A stretch of DNA of 64,000 nucleotides, taken from contig VXXM01000006.1 of the NCBI GenBank assembly GCA_009835395.1, positions 27,632 through 91,631 of the forward strand, given 5' to 3'. The notes below the pieces were generated by a model. The model saw only the letters and a program-made list of their open reading frames with translations. It was not told where the DNA came from and did no database searches. Position 1 is the first letter of the stretch, and every line of letters begins with the position of its first letter. Both the position numbers and the translations under genes were made by a program. Below are positions 42,240 to 51,477 of the stretch, in pieces. The stretch is from Acidimicrobiia bacterium (GTDB taxonomy: Bacteria; Actinomycetota; Acidimicrobiia; Acidimicrobiales; CATQHL01).

Positions 42240-42260
42240 CAGAGGCGCCTCGGCTCCGTG

Positions 42261-42635
42261 TCAGGCGGCGGCGCAGCTTGCGTGCATGATCATTACATGG
42301 GGGACGAGACGCCGGGCGACCGGGTCCACGGCCAGGGCGAGGCTCTCGAGGGTCAGAGCGCCGAGTAGGGGTAACGAGCCGTCCTCGCCGAAGGCCACCT
42401 GGGTCGTGACGCTCTCGCCGCTTACCGTCGCCCGGGCCTCGCCGACATCCGCCTCGAACAGCCGACCGTCAGCGAGTCGAAGCCTGCGCCTGTAGGTCGG
42501 TTCGACGCCGATCTCGCGCAGCACGCAGGCCGGCAGTGAGGTGTAGAAGGCGCCGGTGTCGACCAGCGCCTCGACTTCCACGGACCTCTCGCCGCTCAGA
42601 TCAGTGATTCGCAGCGGCCATTCGAATGTCCCCAC
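42261..42635 (-). CDS. Clan AA (retropepsin-like) aspartyl protease
   Basis: ALVDTGA catalytic motif, C-terminal LLGALTLE; GGAGG before GTG. Confidence 0.85.
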   Translation of the reverse strand: MGTFEWPLRITDLSGERSVEVEALVDTGAFYTSLPACVLREIGVEPTYRRRLRLADGRLFEADVGEARATVSGESVTTQVAFGEDGSLPLLGALTLESLALAVDPVARRLVPHVMIMHASCAAA

Positions 42636-42845
42636 GGCTGTCGCCTCCCTCGGGTTGCCCTCTCCATTCCCAACGCTCGATCATAGCCCGTGAAGGGCAG
42701 CAAGTAGTTATCTTCAATATCAATATTTTTCATCATATGTGAGTTCTGATCGGTGGTGGCTGCCAGAGTCTCGAACCGTGGATTCCGGGAGGCGCCCGAT
42801 ACCAGCGATCCGGGCCGTCACGCGGGCAGCCGTACCATGGAGCGC

Positions 42846-44699
42846 GTGATGGAGCGTCCGCCTGCCGCGACCATCCCCGAGGTCCCCGGGTCGTACCAGT
42901 TCCTGGACGCTGACGGCCGGATCATCTACGTCGGCAAGGCCAAGTCGCTGCGGAGCCGTGTCGGCAGCTACTTCCAGAGCCCGGCGCAGCTCACTCCGCG
43001 TGCCGCCCAGTTGATGGCCGCCGCGGCGTCGCTGGAGTGGATCACCGTGGCCACCGAGGTGGACGCGCTCCTGCTGGAGTACAGCCTCATCCAGCGTCAC
43101 CAGCCGCGCTTCAACGTGCGCTACCGGGACGACAAGAGCTACCCCTTCCTGTGTGTCACGCTGGTCGACGAATGGCCTCGGGCCATGGTCGTACGGGGTC
43201 GCAAGCGCAAGGGGAACCGCTACTTCGGCCCGTACGGCCACGCCTACGCGATCCGCGAGACGCTCGACCTCTTGCTGCGCACGTTCCCGATCCGCACCTG
43301 CTCGGACAACAAGTTCGCCGATCACCGGCGGCTCGGCCGGCCCTGCCTGCTGTACCACATCGAACGTTGCGCCGGTCCCTGCGTGGGGGAGATCCACAAG
43401 GAGCCCTACGACGAGCTGGTCCGGGAACTCCTGGACTTCCTGGGCGGCGACACCGACGAGATCATCGGGCGCCTGGAGGCCGACATGACCACCGCCGCAG
43501 AGGCGCTGGACTTCGAGCGGGCCGCCCAGCTCCGGGACCGCCTGGCGAGCGTGCACAAGGCCATCGAGCGCCAGGAGATGATTGGCTCGCGGGCCGAGGA
43601 CGCCGACGTGTTCGGCATGGTCGCCGACGAGTTGGAGGCGGCCGTGTCGGTGTTCTTCGTGCGCAAGGGCCGGGTCATGGGCCAGCGCGGCTTCATCGTG
43701 GACCGCGCCGAGGACCTCTCCGGCCCCGAGTTGATGGGCAGGGTCCTCGAGCGGATCTACTTCGACGAGAACCCGTTGGGGTATCCGAAGGCGGTGCTGG
43801 TGCCGGAGATGCCCTCTGGTGAGGACATGTACGCCGACTGGCTGGGAGGCCTGCGGGGCTCGAAGGTGCAGGTCAGGGTTCCCCAGAGGGGCGCCAAGCG
43901 GCGTCTCGCCGAGACCGCCCGCCAAAACGCCGCCGACTCCCTGCAGCGCCACCGCCTCAAGCGGGCCAGCGACCACAACAGCCGCGCCCGGGCGCTCAAC
44001 GAGCTGCAGCAGTACCTGGGCCTGCCCGACGCCCCGCTGCGCATCGAGTGCTACGACATGAGCCACCTCGGCGGGCAGGACTACGTGGGCTCGATGGTGG
44101 TCATGGAGGACGCCCTGCCCCGCAAGTCGGAATACCGTCGCTTCCGGCTGCGCAACGTGGCCGGCAACAACGACCTGGCGGCCATGGAGGAGGTCCTGGA
44201 GCGGCGGCTGCGGAACTACCTCGACAACCGGCACCTGCCGCCGGCGGAGCGGGGCCGCTTCGCCTACCCACCGCAGTTGCTGCTGGTGGATGGCGGCCCG
44301 GGGCAGTTGGGCGTGGCCAAGCGGGTGCTGCTGCGCCTGGGGCTGGCGGGTGAGATCCCGGCGGCGGCGCTGGCCAAGCAGTTCGAGGAGGTGTTCGTGC
44401 CCGACCAGCCCGAGGCCATCCGCATCCCCCGGCAATCCGAGGCGCTCTACCTGTTGCAGCGCATCCGCGACGAGAGCCACCGGTTCGCCCTGGCCTACCA
44501 CCGGCAGCTGCGCGGCAAACGCATGACCACCTCGGCGCTGGACGGCATCGCCGGCCTCGGCCCGACTCGGCGCAAGCGGCTCGTGGCCGAGTTGGGCGGC
44601 GTGCGTGCCGTGCAGAACACCTCGCTGGAGGATCTGCAGTCCCTCAGCTGGCTGCCCGACACAGTGGCTGAGGCCGTCCACGCCAAGTTCCACTCCTGA
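42846..44699 (+). CDS. uvrC: Excinuclease ABC subunit C
   Basis: GIY-YIG (YVGKAKSLR), RIECYDMSH, LLVDGGPGQ, RIRDESHRFA, HhH; start uncertain among 42837/42846/42849. Confidence 0.96.
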   Translation: MMERPPAATIPEVPGSYQFLDADGRIIYVGKAKSLRSRVGSYFQSPAQLTPRAAQLMAAAASLEWITVATEVDALLLEYSLIQRHQPRFNVRYRDDKSYPFLCVTLVDEWPRAMVVRGRKRKGNRYFGPYGHAYAIRETLDLLLRTFPIRTCSDNKFADHRRLGRPCLLYHIERCAGPCVGEIHKEPYDELVRELLDFLGGDTDEIIGRLEADMTTAAEALDFERAAQLRDRLASVHKAIERQEMIGSRAEDADVFGMVADELEAAVSVFFVRKGRVMGQRGFIVDRAEDLSGPELMGRVLERIYFDENPLGYPKAVLVPEMPSGEDMYADWLGGLRGSKVQVRVPQRGAKRRLAETARQNAADSLQRHRLKRASDHNSRARALNELQQYLGLPDAPLRIECYDMSHLGGQDYVGSMVVMEDALPRKSEYRRFRLRNVAGNNDLAAMEEVLERRLRNYLDNRHLPPAERGRFAYPPQLLLVDGGPGQLGVAKRVLLRLGLAGEIPAAALAKQFEEVFVPDQPEAIRIPRQSEALYLLQRIRDESHRFALAYHRQLRGKRMTTSALDGIAGLGPTRRKRLVAELGGVRAVQNTSLEDLQSLSWLPDTVAEAVHAKFHS

Positions 44700-44721
44700 A
44701 CTGCTCGGTAGGCTCGGGGGC

Positions 44722-45573
44722 GTGCTGGTCGTCATCACCGGGCTGTCGGGGTCGGGGCGATCGGAGGCGGCCAACTGCCTCGAGGACCAGGGGTTCTTCG
44801 TCATCGACAACCTGCCGCCGTCGTTGATCCCCAAGGTCATCGAGCTGGCGGGCCCGGCCATCGCCCGGCTGTGCCTGACGATGGGCACCGAGCGCTACAG
44901 CGACGAGATCGGGCCGGCCGTGGCCGATCTGCGCGCCGCGGCGAAGGGGGCGCCCCACTACAGCGACGTGCGGCTGTGGTTCCTGGAGGCCCGCACGCAG
45001 GCGCTGGTGCAGCGCTACGAGAGTTCGCGCCGGCGGCATCCGTTCGCTCTGCGGGGCTCGGTGGAGGAGGCCGTGGAGGCCGAGCGGGAATCGCTCTGCG
45101 GGCTGCGTGCCGACGCCGACGTCGTGATCGACACCTCCGACACCAACGTGCACGAGTTGCGCGACCGAATCGTGGGCCTCCTCGGCGAGGCCGGTTCCCG
45201 GCGGCTGACCACCCGGGTGCTGTCGTTCAGCTTCAAGCACGGCCTTCCCGCCGACGTCGACATGGTGTTCGACTGCCGCTTCCTGCCGAATCCGCACTGG
45301 GAGGCCGACCTGCGGCCGCTGGACGGCACCGACGGGCCTGTGCGCGAGTTCGTGGTGGGCAGCCCGCTGGGGGAGCGGTTCGTGCAGCACCTGGAGGATC
45401 TCTGCGAACTGCTGCTGCCCGCGTTCGAGGCGGAGGGCAAGACGTACCTCACGCTGGCGTTCGGCTGCACGGGGGGAAGGCACCGCTCGGTCTGCCTGGC
45501 CGAGCACGCCGCGGCAACGCTGCGGCGGCTCGGATTCGATCCGCAGATCCAGCATCGGGATCTGCAACGCTGA
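44722..45573 (+). CDS. rapZ: RNase adapter RapZ (YvcJ)
   Basis: ITGLSGSGRS, IDNLPP, FDCRFLPNPHW, GCTGGRHRSV. Confidence 0.93.
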   Translation: MLVVITGLSGSGRSEAANCLEDQGFFVIDNLPPSLIPKVIELAGPAIARLCLTMGTERYSDEIGPAVADLRAAAKGAPHYSDVRLWFLEARTQALVQRYESSRRRHPFALRGSVEEAVEAERESLCGLRADADVVIDTSDTNVHELRDRIVGLLGEAGSRRLTTRVLSFSFKHGLPADVDMVFDCRFLPNPHWEADLRPLDGTDGPVREFVVGSPLGERFVQHLEDLCELLLPAFEAEGKTYLTLAFGCTGGRHRSVCLAEHAAATLRRLGFDPQIQHRDLQR

Positions 45574-45621
45574 GACCGGCCGGACCAGCCACCGGCCGCC
45601 CCGATCCGCACTGGAGGAAAC

Positions 45622-46623
45622 ATGACGCTGCGCGTGGGAATCAACGGCTTCGGACGCATCGGGCGCAACCTCTACCGGGCGGCGCGTGCCCGGGACGCCT
45701 CCTTCGAGATCGTGGCGGTGAACGACCTCGGTTCGGTGGCGACGATGGCTCACCTCCTGAAGCGGGACTCGGTGCTCGGTCCGGCTCCTTGGGATGTGGT
45801 CGTCGCCGACGGCGGCATCGCCATCGACGGCGAGGTTCTGCCGGTGCTGGCGCAGCGTGATCCCGCCAGCCTGCCGTGGGGTGACCTGGGGGTTCAGGTC
45901 GTCGTGGAGTCGACCGGGTTCTTCACGAGCCGCGACAAGGCGGCGGCCCATCTCGATGCCGGCGCCGAGCGGGTCGTGATCTCCGCACCGGCCAAGGACG
46001 TCGACGCCACGTTCGTGGTGGGGGTCAACGACGACACGTACGACCCGGACAGCCACCGGGTCGTCTCCAACGCCTCCTGCACCACGAACTGCTTCGTGCC
46101 GATGGTGAAGGTTCTGGACGACGCCTTCGGGGTGGTCCAGGGGTTCATGAGCACCGTGCACGCCTACACCGGCGATCAGATGCTGGTGGACGGCCCCCAC
46201 GGCGACCTGCGTCGCACCCGGGCGGCGGCCGTGAACATCATCCCCACCTCCACGGGCGCGGCCCGGGCCACCGGCCTGGTGCTGGCCGCGATGCAGGGGC
46301 GGCTCGACGGCATCGCCCTGCGGGTTCCCGTAGCCGACGGTTCACTCACGGATTTCACCGCCACGCTCGAGCGGCCGGCGACCGCCGAGGAGGTGAACGA
46401 CGCATTCGCGAGGGCGGCGGCCTCGGGACCGTTGCGGGGCGTCCTCGAGTACTCCACCGAGCCGCTGGTGTCCAGCGACATCGTGGGTTCTCCCGCCTCA
46501 TGCGTGCTCGACTCCGGACTTACCATGGCCGGCGGCACCCTGGTGAAGGTCTGTGGCTGGTACGACAACGAGTGGGGCTACTCCAATCGCCTCGTCGACC
46601 TCGTCGGACGCATCGGCGCCTGA
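45622..46623 (+). CDS. gap: Glyceraldehyde-3-phosphate dehydrogenase type I
   Basis: GINGFGRIGR, SNASCTTN, WYDNEWGYS. Confidence 0.97.
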   Translation: MTLRVGINGFGRIGRNLYRAARARDASFEIVAVNDLGSVATMAHLLKRDSVLGPAPWDVVVADGGIAIDGEVLPVLAQRDPASLPWGDLGVQVVVESTGFFTSRDKAAAHLDAGAERVVISAPAKDVDATFVVGVNDDTYDPDSHRVVSNASCTTNCFVPMVKVLDDAFGVVQGFMSTVHAYTGDQMLVDGPHGDLRRTRAAAVNIIPTSTGAARATGLVLAAMQGRLDGIALRVPVADGSLTDFTATLERPATAEEVNDAFARAAASGPLRGVLEYSTEPLVSSDIVGSPASCVLDSGLTMAGGTLVKVCGWYDNEWGYSNRLVDLVGRIGA

Positions 46624-46624
46624 G

Positions 46625-46655
46625 GAGGCTCCGATCAGTCGCCTGACGGGGCCTC
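46625..46655 (+). terminator. gap-pgk intercistronic hairpin
   Basis: gaggctccg-a-tcag-tcgc-ctga-cggggcctc; ends directly before the pgk GAGG/ATG. Confidence 0.55.
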
Positions 46656-46659
46656 GAGG

Positions 46660-47820
46660 ATGAGGCTGCCGACGATTCCCGACCTCGGCGACCTGGGCGG
46701 GCGCAGCGTGCTGCTGCGCGCCGACCTGAACGTGCCGCTGCACGACGGCGAGGTGGCTGACGACACCCGCATCCGGGAGGTCGTCCCCACGATCGCGGTG
46801 CTCGTCGAGGCCGGGGCCCGGGTGAACGTGTGCAGCCACCTCGGCCGGCCCAAGGGTCGCCCCGATCCGGCCTTCGATATGGCCCCGGTCCGCCGGCGCC
46901 TCGCCGATTTGGCGCCAGGCGTCGATCTGCTCGACAACCTCCGGTTCGATCCGCGGGAGGAGGCCGGTGATCCGGCCCTGGCGGCTCGCTTGGTCGCCGG
47001 TCACGACGTCTTCGTGAGCGACGCCTTCGGTGCCTGCCACCGTGCCCACGCCTCGATCGTGGGTCCGCCCCGGCTGCTACCCAGCGCCGCCGGGCTGCTG
47101 ATGCTCGTTGAGGCCGCGGAGATCCTCAGCTTGCGACGGGCGCCGCGGCGGCCGTTCGTCGTGGTGCTGGGAGGCGCCAAGGTCGCCGACAAGCTCGGCG
47201 TGGTCGAGGCCGTGTGCTCGATGGCCGACATCGTGCTCGTCGGCGGGGCGATGTGCTTCACCTTCCTTGCGGCCGCGGGTCACGACATCGGAGCCTCGCT
47301 GTGTGATCCCGACCATCTGGAGGACTGCCGGGCGCTGCTGGCCGCGGGGCACCCGCTGCAGTTGCCGGAGGATCTCGTGGGTCTCGGTCCGGGCGGCCGG
47401 CTCGGTGAGCCGGCCGCGGGCGGCGCGGTGCGGCAGTTCGGCGCGAACCTGCCCGACGGTTGGCTGGGCGCCGACATCGGCCCGGGCACGGCGGCCTCCT
47501 TCGCCGACACGATCGCCGATGCCGGGACGGTGTTCTGGAACGGCCCGCTGGGCGCCTTCGAGGATCCCCGCTTCGCGGCCGGGACCGCCACAGTGGCCGA
47601 GGCCCTGGCCGAGACCCGTGCCCACACCGTGGTGGGCGGCGGCGACAGCGGGGCGGCGCTGACCTCGATGGGCCTCGCCCGCTCGGTGAGCCATCTCTCC
47701 ACCGGCGGCGGGGCCTCGCTGGCGTTGCTGGAGCACGGCGACCTGCCGGGGTTGGCGGTGCTGCGCGCCTCCGCCGAGCGTTTCTCGCTGCCGCTGCATG
47801 AGGTGGACGAACGTGACTAG
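46660..47820 (+). CDS. pgk: Phosphoglycerate kinase
   Basis: RADLNVP, SHLGRP, HRAHAS, GGAKV, WNGP, STGGGASL. Confidence 0.96.
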   Translation: MRLPTIPDLGDLGGRSVLLRADLNVPLHDGEVADDTRIREVVPTIAVLVEAGARVNVCSHLGRPKGRPDPAFDMAPVRRRLADLAPGVDLLDNLRFDPREEAGDPALAARLVAGHDVFVSDAFGACHRAHASIVGPPRLLPSAAGLLMLVEAAEILSLRRAPRRPFVVVLGGAKVADKLGVVEAVCSMADIVLVGGAMCFTFLAAAGHDIGASLCDPDHLEDCRALLAAGHPLQLPEDLVGLGPGGRLGEPAAGGAVRQFGANLPDGWLGADIGPGTAASFADTIADAGTVFWNGPLGAFEDPRFAAGTATVAEALAETRAHTVVGGGDSGAALTSMGLARSVSHLSTGGGASLALLEHGDLPGLAVLRASAERFSLPLHEVDERD

Positions 47821-47913
47821 GCGGCGGGACGTCGTGACCGCGGGGCAGCGTCGCCGCCCGCTGCCTGTAGACAGGGCAAGTTGGAACCGCCGGTTCGACC
47901 AGGAGGTGCAGCC

Positions 47914-48696
47914 GTGACCAGCGCTCGCCGGCCGCTCATCAGCGGCAACTGGAAGATGCACCTCAACCACTTCGAGGCCATCAGTCTGGTGCAGAAGCTG
48001 TCGTACGCCCTGACCGACGCCGACTACGCGGCCGTCGACGTGTGCGTGCATCCGCCGTTCACCGATCTGCGCTCGGTGCAGACCGTGCTGGACATCGACG
48101 ACATCCCCATCCTGCTGGGGGCCCAGCACTGCCATCACGAGGATTCCGGGGCGTTCACCGGGGAGGTGTCGCCGGCGCTGCTGGCCAGGCTGCAGGTCCG
48201 CTACGTGATCGTGGGGCACTCCGAGCGGCGGGCGCTGTTCGGCGAGACCGACGAGGGGGTCAACAGCAAGGTGCATGCCGTGCTGCGACACGGCATGACG
48301 CCGATCCTGGCGGTGGGGGAGACGCTCGAGCAGCGGGAGGCCGGCGACACCACAGAGGTCGTGCTGGGTCAACTGACCGCCGGCATGCAGGGCCTGACGC
48401 GCCAGCAGGCGGCGGGCCTCGTCGTGGCGTATGAGCCGGTGTGGGCGATCGGCACGGGCCGGGTGGCGAGTCCAGGCGACGCCCAGGAGATCTGCGCCGA
48501 GATCCGTCGGCAAGTCGGAGAGTCCTTCGGCGCGGCCGCGGCGGAAGGCGTGCGCATCCAGTACGGCGGCTCGGTGAAGCCGGTCAACGCCGCCGCGCTC
48601 ATGGCCGAGCCGGACATCGATGGAGCCCTGGTCGGCGGGGCGAGCCTCGACGCCGACAACTTCGCCCGCATCGTGCAGTACCGCCTCGCCACCTGA
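47914..48696 (+). CDS. tpiA: Triosephosphate isomerase
   Basis: GNWKM, GHSERR, AYEPVWAIGTG, YGGSV, LVGGASL; AGGAGG before GTG 47914. Confidence 0.97.
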   Translation: MTSARRPLISGNWKMHLNHFEAISLVQKLSYALTDADYAAVDVCVHPPFTDLRSVQTVLDIDDIPILLGAQHCHHEDSGAFTGEVSPALLARLQVRYVIVGHSERRALFGETDEGVNSKVHAVLRHGMTPILAVGETLEQREAGDTTEVVLGQLTAGMQGLTRQQAAGLVVAYEPVWAIGTGRVASPGDAQEICAEIRRQVGESFGAAAAEGVRIQYGGSVKPVNAAALMAEPDIDGALVGGASLDADNFARIVQYRLAT

Positions 48697-48741
48697 CCCT
48701 CGAGGCCCGGAGAGACGCCCGGCGCTGGTATCGTTCCTGCG

Positions 48742-48972
48742 ATGTTCATCCTGGCGCTCGTCCTGCATGTGGTGACGACGGTCGGTGTCGTGCTGCTGGT
48801 GCTGCTGCACAGCGGGCGCGGCGGCGGCCTCTCGGACATGTTCGGTGGCGGCCTGGGTGCCTCGGCGGCCGGCTCCACGGTCATCGAGAAGAACCTGGAC
48901 CGCATCACGATCGTGGCGGCGCTGATCTTCGGCTTCGTCACGCTGGCGCTCGCCCTCATGATGGACACCTGA
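48742..48972 (+). CDS. secG: Preprotein translocase subunit SecG
   Basis: LLHSGRGGGLSDMFGGG, EKNLDRIT; follows tpiA. Confidence 0.93.
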   Translation: MFILALVLHVVTTVGVVLLVLLHSGRGGGLSDMFGGGLGASAAGSTVIEKNLDRITIVAALIFGFVTLALALMMDT

Positions 48973-48994
48973 GCCGGATCAGACCGGTACCCCC

Positions 48995-49080
48995 GTCGGA
49001 GTGGCGGAATTTGGTAGACGCGCATGGTTGAGGGCCATGTGCCCGCTAAGGGCGTGGGGGTTCAAGTCCCCCCTCCGACA
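48995..49080 (+). tRNA. tRNA-Leu(GAG)
   Basis: Acceptor GTCGGAG/CTCCGAC, D-loop GAATTTGGTAGA, anticodon stem CATGG/CCATG with GAG at 49030-32, long variable arm, GGGGG-TTCAAGT-CCCCC; CCA not encoded. Confidence 0.96.
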
Positions 49081-49111
49081 CGCTGCGAACGTTTGCGGCG
49101 CCAGCACCCCC

Positions 49112-49199
49112 GTCGGAGTGGCGCAGTATTCGATGGACGCGCATGGTTGAGGGCCATGTGCCCGCTAAGGGCGTGGGGGTTCAAGTCCCCCCTCCGACA
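49112..49199 (+). tRNA. Second tRNA-Leu(GAG)-like copy with non-canonical D-loop (variant or pseudo-tRNA)
   Basis: Identical to copy 1 except D-loop CAGTATTCGATGGA; anticodon at 49149-51. Confidence 0.7.
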
Positions 49200-49596
49200 C
49201 GCTGCAAGTTGATTTGCAGTCGGTTTCCCGATGTCTTTGTTGTTACAACTACTTTATTGTGCCAGAGTTGGTATCGAGAGAAATACAAGAAGCACCGATT
49301 CATTGTCTCTATGGCTTATGAAGATGGGTCGCCATCTGAGGATCCAATACAATGAGTATTCGTCGATGAATCCAGTAGTCGGTGTGGCTGTGTCGACCCC
49401 GGCGGGGGGCGGCTCCAGGCGTTGCGGCATGCGCGACGGCATGCAGGAGTTGGACGGGTTCACCGCGCGTGCCGGCGACGGATCGAGTCGCTGACGACAC
49501 TCAAATCGCCTGCTGGCAGACGGTATCGAACTCTTCGTCGCGTCGCCACGGCAACCGGTGGGACGGGGAGGGGCCGTGCCGCTCGATCCATCTATC

Positions 49597-49750
49597 GATA
49601 GCAACTATCAGTGCCATAAACGTGGCGAGCACTCGTCTGCCAATACTAAATTCTAGTTGCTACTATTTGTCAGATGACCCGGTGTCAGCGAACTACTAAG
49701 AGAACTTGTATTGCACGTATTGAGAAGTCATTAGCACTATTGTGCAGGTC
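49597..49750 (+). promoter_or_regulatory. AT-rich promoter/operator region of the TetR gene
   Basis: GATAG-CAA-CTATC (49597-609), inverted TAGTTGCTA (49654-62), TAGCACTAT (49732-40), -10 TATTGT (49738-43). Confidence 0.5.
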
Positions 49751-50425
49751 ATGCTATCGGACAAGGACACTGAACCTCTTGTAGGAGACGGCTCCGATCG
49801 TCGGAGTAAGTCGGACCAAACGACTCAACGGCTCTTGGACGCCGCAGCCGAGGAGTTCATGGAGCACGGCTACGAGGGCTCCCGAATCAGCCGGATCGCG
49901 CGCCGTGCGGGACTCACCTCGGGCGCCGTCTACGCGCGGTGGCCCCACAAGCCTGACGTACTAGCGGCGGCGCTCGACCATATCCTCCGGCAGGAACTCC
50001 CCGAGGAGTTCGGGGCCGAGCGGTTCGGGCTCAACCCGTTCGTGAGCGACCCGCCGGATCCTGTAGCCATCATGAGACTGCTGGGAGCAGGCCGGCTCGA
50101 CCGCGGCGAACATCGAGACGTGATGGTCCAGGCGTTCGGAAGCGCCCGCAACAACGAGGCGATCAGAGACTGCCTGGTGGGGTTCTTGAACGAGGAGGCC
50201 CGGCGGCTCTGCGGACTCATCGAGGTGGGGCAGGAACACGGATACTGCGCAGAGGAGTTCAGTGCCGCAGCCCTCACGCTGCTGTGGCACTCGATCATCC
50301 TCGGCTCCCAGCTGCTGGTCTCCGCAGGGCTCGATGAGCGCTACGTCCCGGACGATGACGACTGGACCGCTCTGCTCTGGACGGTGGTCTGTGCCGTCTG
50401 CCCCGGTGCACAGCCGATCGAGTAG
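49751..50425 (+). CDS. TetR/AcrR family transcriptional regulator
   Basis: RLLDAAAEEFMEHGYEG...IARRAGLTSGAVYARWPHK HTH. Confidence 0.9.
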   Translation: MLSDKDTEPLVGDGSDRRSKSDQTTQRLLDAAAEEFMEHGYEGSRISRIARRAGLTSGAVYARWPHKPDVLAAALDHILRQELPEEFGAERFGLNPFVSDPPDPVAIMRLLGAGRLDRGEHRDVMVQAFGSARNNEAIRDCLVGFLNEEARRLCGLIEVGQEHGYCAEEFSAAALTLLWHSIILGSQLLVSAGLDERYVPDDDDWTALLWTVVCAVCPGAQPIE

Positions 50426-50484
50426 CCGCGCCACCGAGCGAAGCGACAGCCGTACTCGGAGGACGTGACCACTAGCCTGAGGCT

Positions 50485-51477
50485 GTGGGAGCCGCGACCG
50501 GATCCGGGGAGGCAGCGAGGAACGGTCACGTCGTAGCCGTTACCGATCACCCTTTCCCTGATCTCGAACCGACGCGAGAGGTGCTCGCCCCGTTGGGCGT
50601 GGAGATCCGGATGTCCGCATCGGTCGGTGCGGCCGATGTCCTGGCCGTGGCGCAGCATGCCGATGCGGTGATCAACACCTACGCCCAGCTGCCCGCCGAG
50701 CTGGTCGACCGCTTCGAGCGGTGCCGGATCATCGCCCGCACGGGCATCGGGATCGACACGGTGGATCTGGCGGCCGCCACGGCCAGGGGAATCGTCGTGA
50801 CGAACGTCCCGGAGTACTGCGAGGACGAGGTCTCCGATCACGCCATGGCGCTCATGCTGGCGCTGGCCCGCAACGTGACGCGAGGCAACACGCTGGTGCA
50901 CGGCGGCAGTTGGGACCTCGCCGCCGTCAAGCCGATCTACCGGGTGCGGGGGCGCACGGTCGGTCTGGTGGGATTCGGCAAGATCGCCCGGCTCGTGGCC
51001 GCCAAGGCCCAGGGTTTCGGGCTGGGTGTGCTGGCGTTCGACCCGTACGTGGATCCCGCCGACGCCGCCGCGCTGGGTGTCGAGCTGGTGCCGTTAGAGG
51101 AGTTGCTGGCGCGCTCGGACTTCGTGTCGGTCCACGCACCCCTCACGCCGGAGACCCGTCACATGATCGGCGCCGAGGCGCTGGCGCTGATGCGGCCCGA
51201 GGCCGTGGTCGTCAACACCGCCCGGGGCGGGCTGGTGGACGTCGTCGCCTTGGCGGAGGCGCTGGACCGCGGGGCAATCGCCGGGGCCGGGCTCGACGTG
51301 CTCCCCGACGAGCCGCCGGGCGCCGATATGCCCCTCTACGGCCGCCCGAACGTGATCCTCACGCCGCACACCGCCTTCTACTCTGAGGAGTCGGTGCTGG
51401 ACCTCCAGGTCAAGGCCGCCCAGCAGGTGGCCCTCGTGCTTACCGGCCAGGACCCCGTCTACCCGGTCAACCTCTAG
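50485..51477 (+). CDS. D-isomer-specific 2-hydroxyacid dehydrogenase (CtBP/SerA-like)
   Basis: GLVGFGKIA, VNTARG, GLDV..EP, TPHTAFYS. Confidence 0.92.
   Translation: MGAATGSGEAARNGHVVAVTDHPFPDLEPTREVLAPLGVEIRMSASVGAADVLAVAQHADAVINTYAQLPAELVDRFERCRIIARTGIGIDTVDLAAATARGIVVTNVPEYCEDEVSDHAMALMLALARNVTRGNTLVHGGSWDLAAVKPIYRVRGRTVGLVGFGKIARLVAAKAQGFGLGVLAFDPYVDPADAAALGVELVPLEELLARSDFVSVHAPLTPETRHMIGAEALALMRPEAVVVNTARGGLVDVVALAEALDRGAIAGAGLDVLPDEPPGADMPLYGRPNVILTPHTAFYSEESVLDLQVKAAQQVALVLTGQDPVYPVNL

Noticed and set aside
42772-42788. CGAAC-CGTG-GATT as LexA box, or GTGGATTCCGG as half REP, upstream of uvrC
   Set aside because: Right half mismatches GTTC; the same 11-mer occurs inside polA (27038), so chance is likely. 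No convincing SOS or PafBC motif at uvrA/uvrB either
46660-47100. PGK N-domain looks short around APGVDLLDNLRF
   Set aside because: All substrate and nucleotide motifs are intact and in frame; probably a lineage-specific deletion rather than a pseudogene
49231-49494. 87-aa ORF and overlapping small ORFs in the low-GC spacer
   Set aside because: No SD or leaderless signal, atypical codon usage, no recognisable domain
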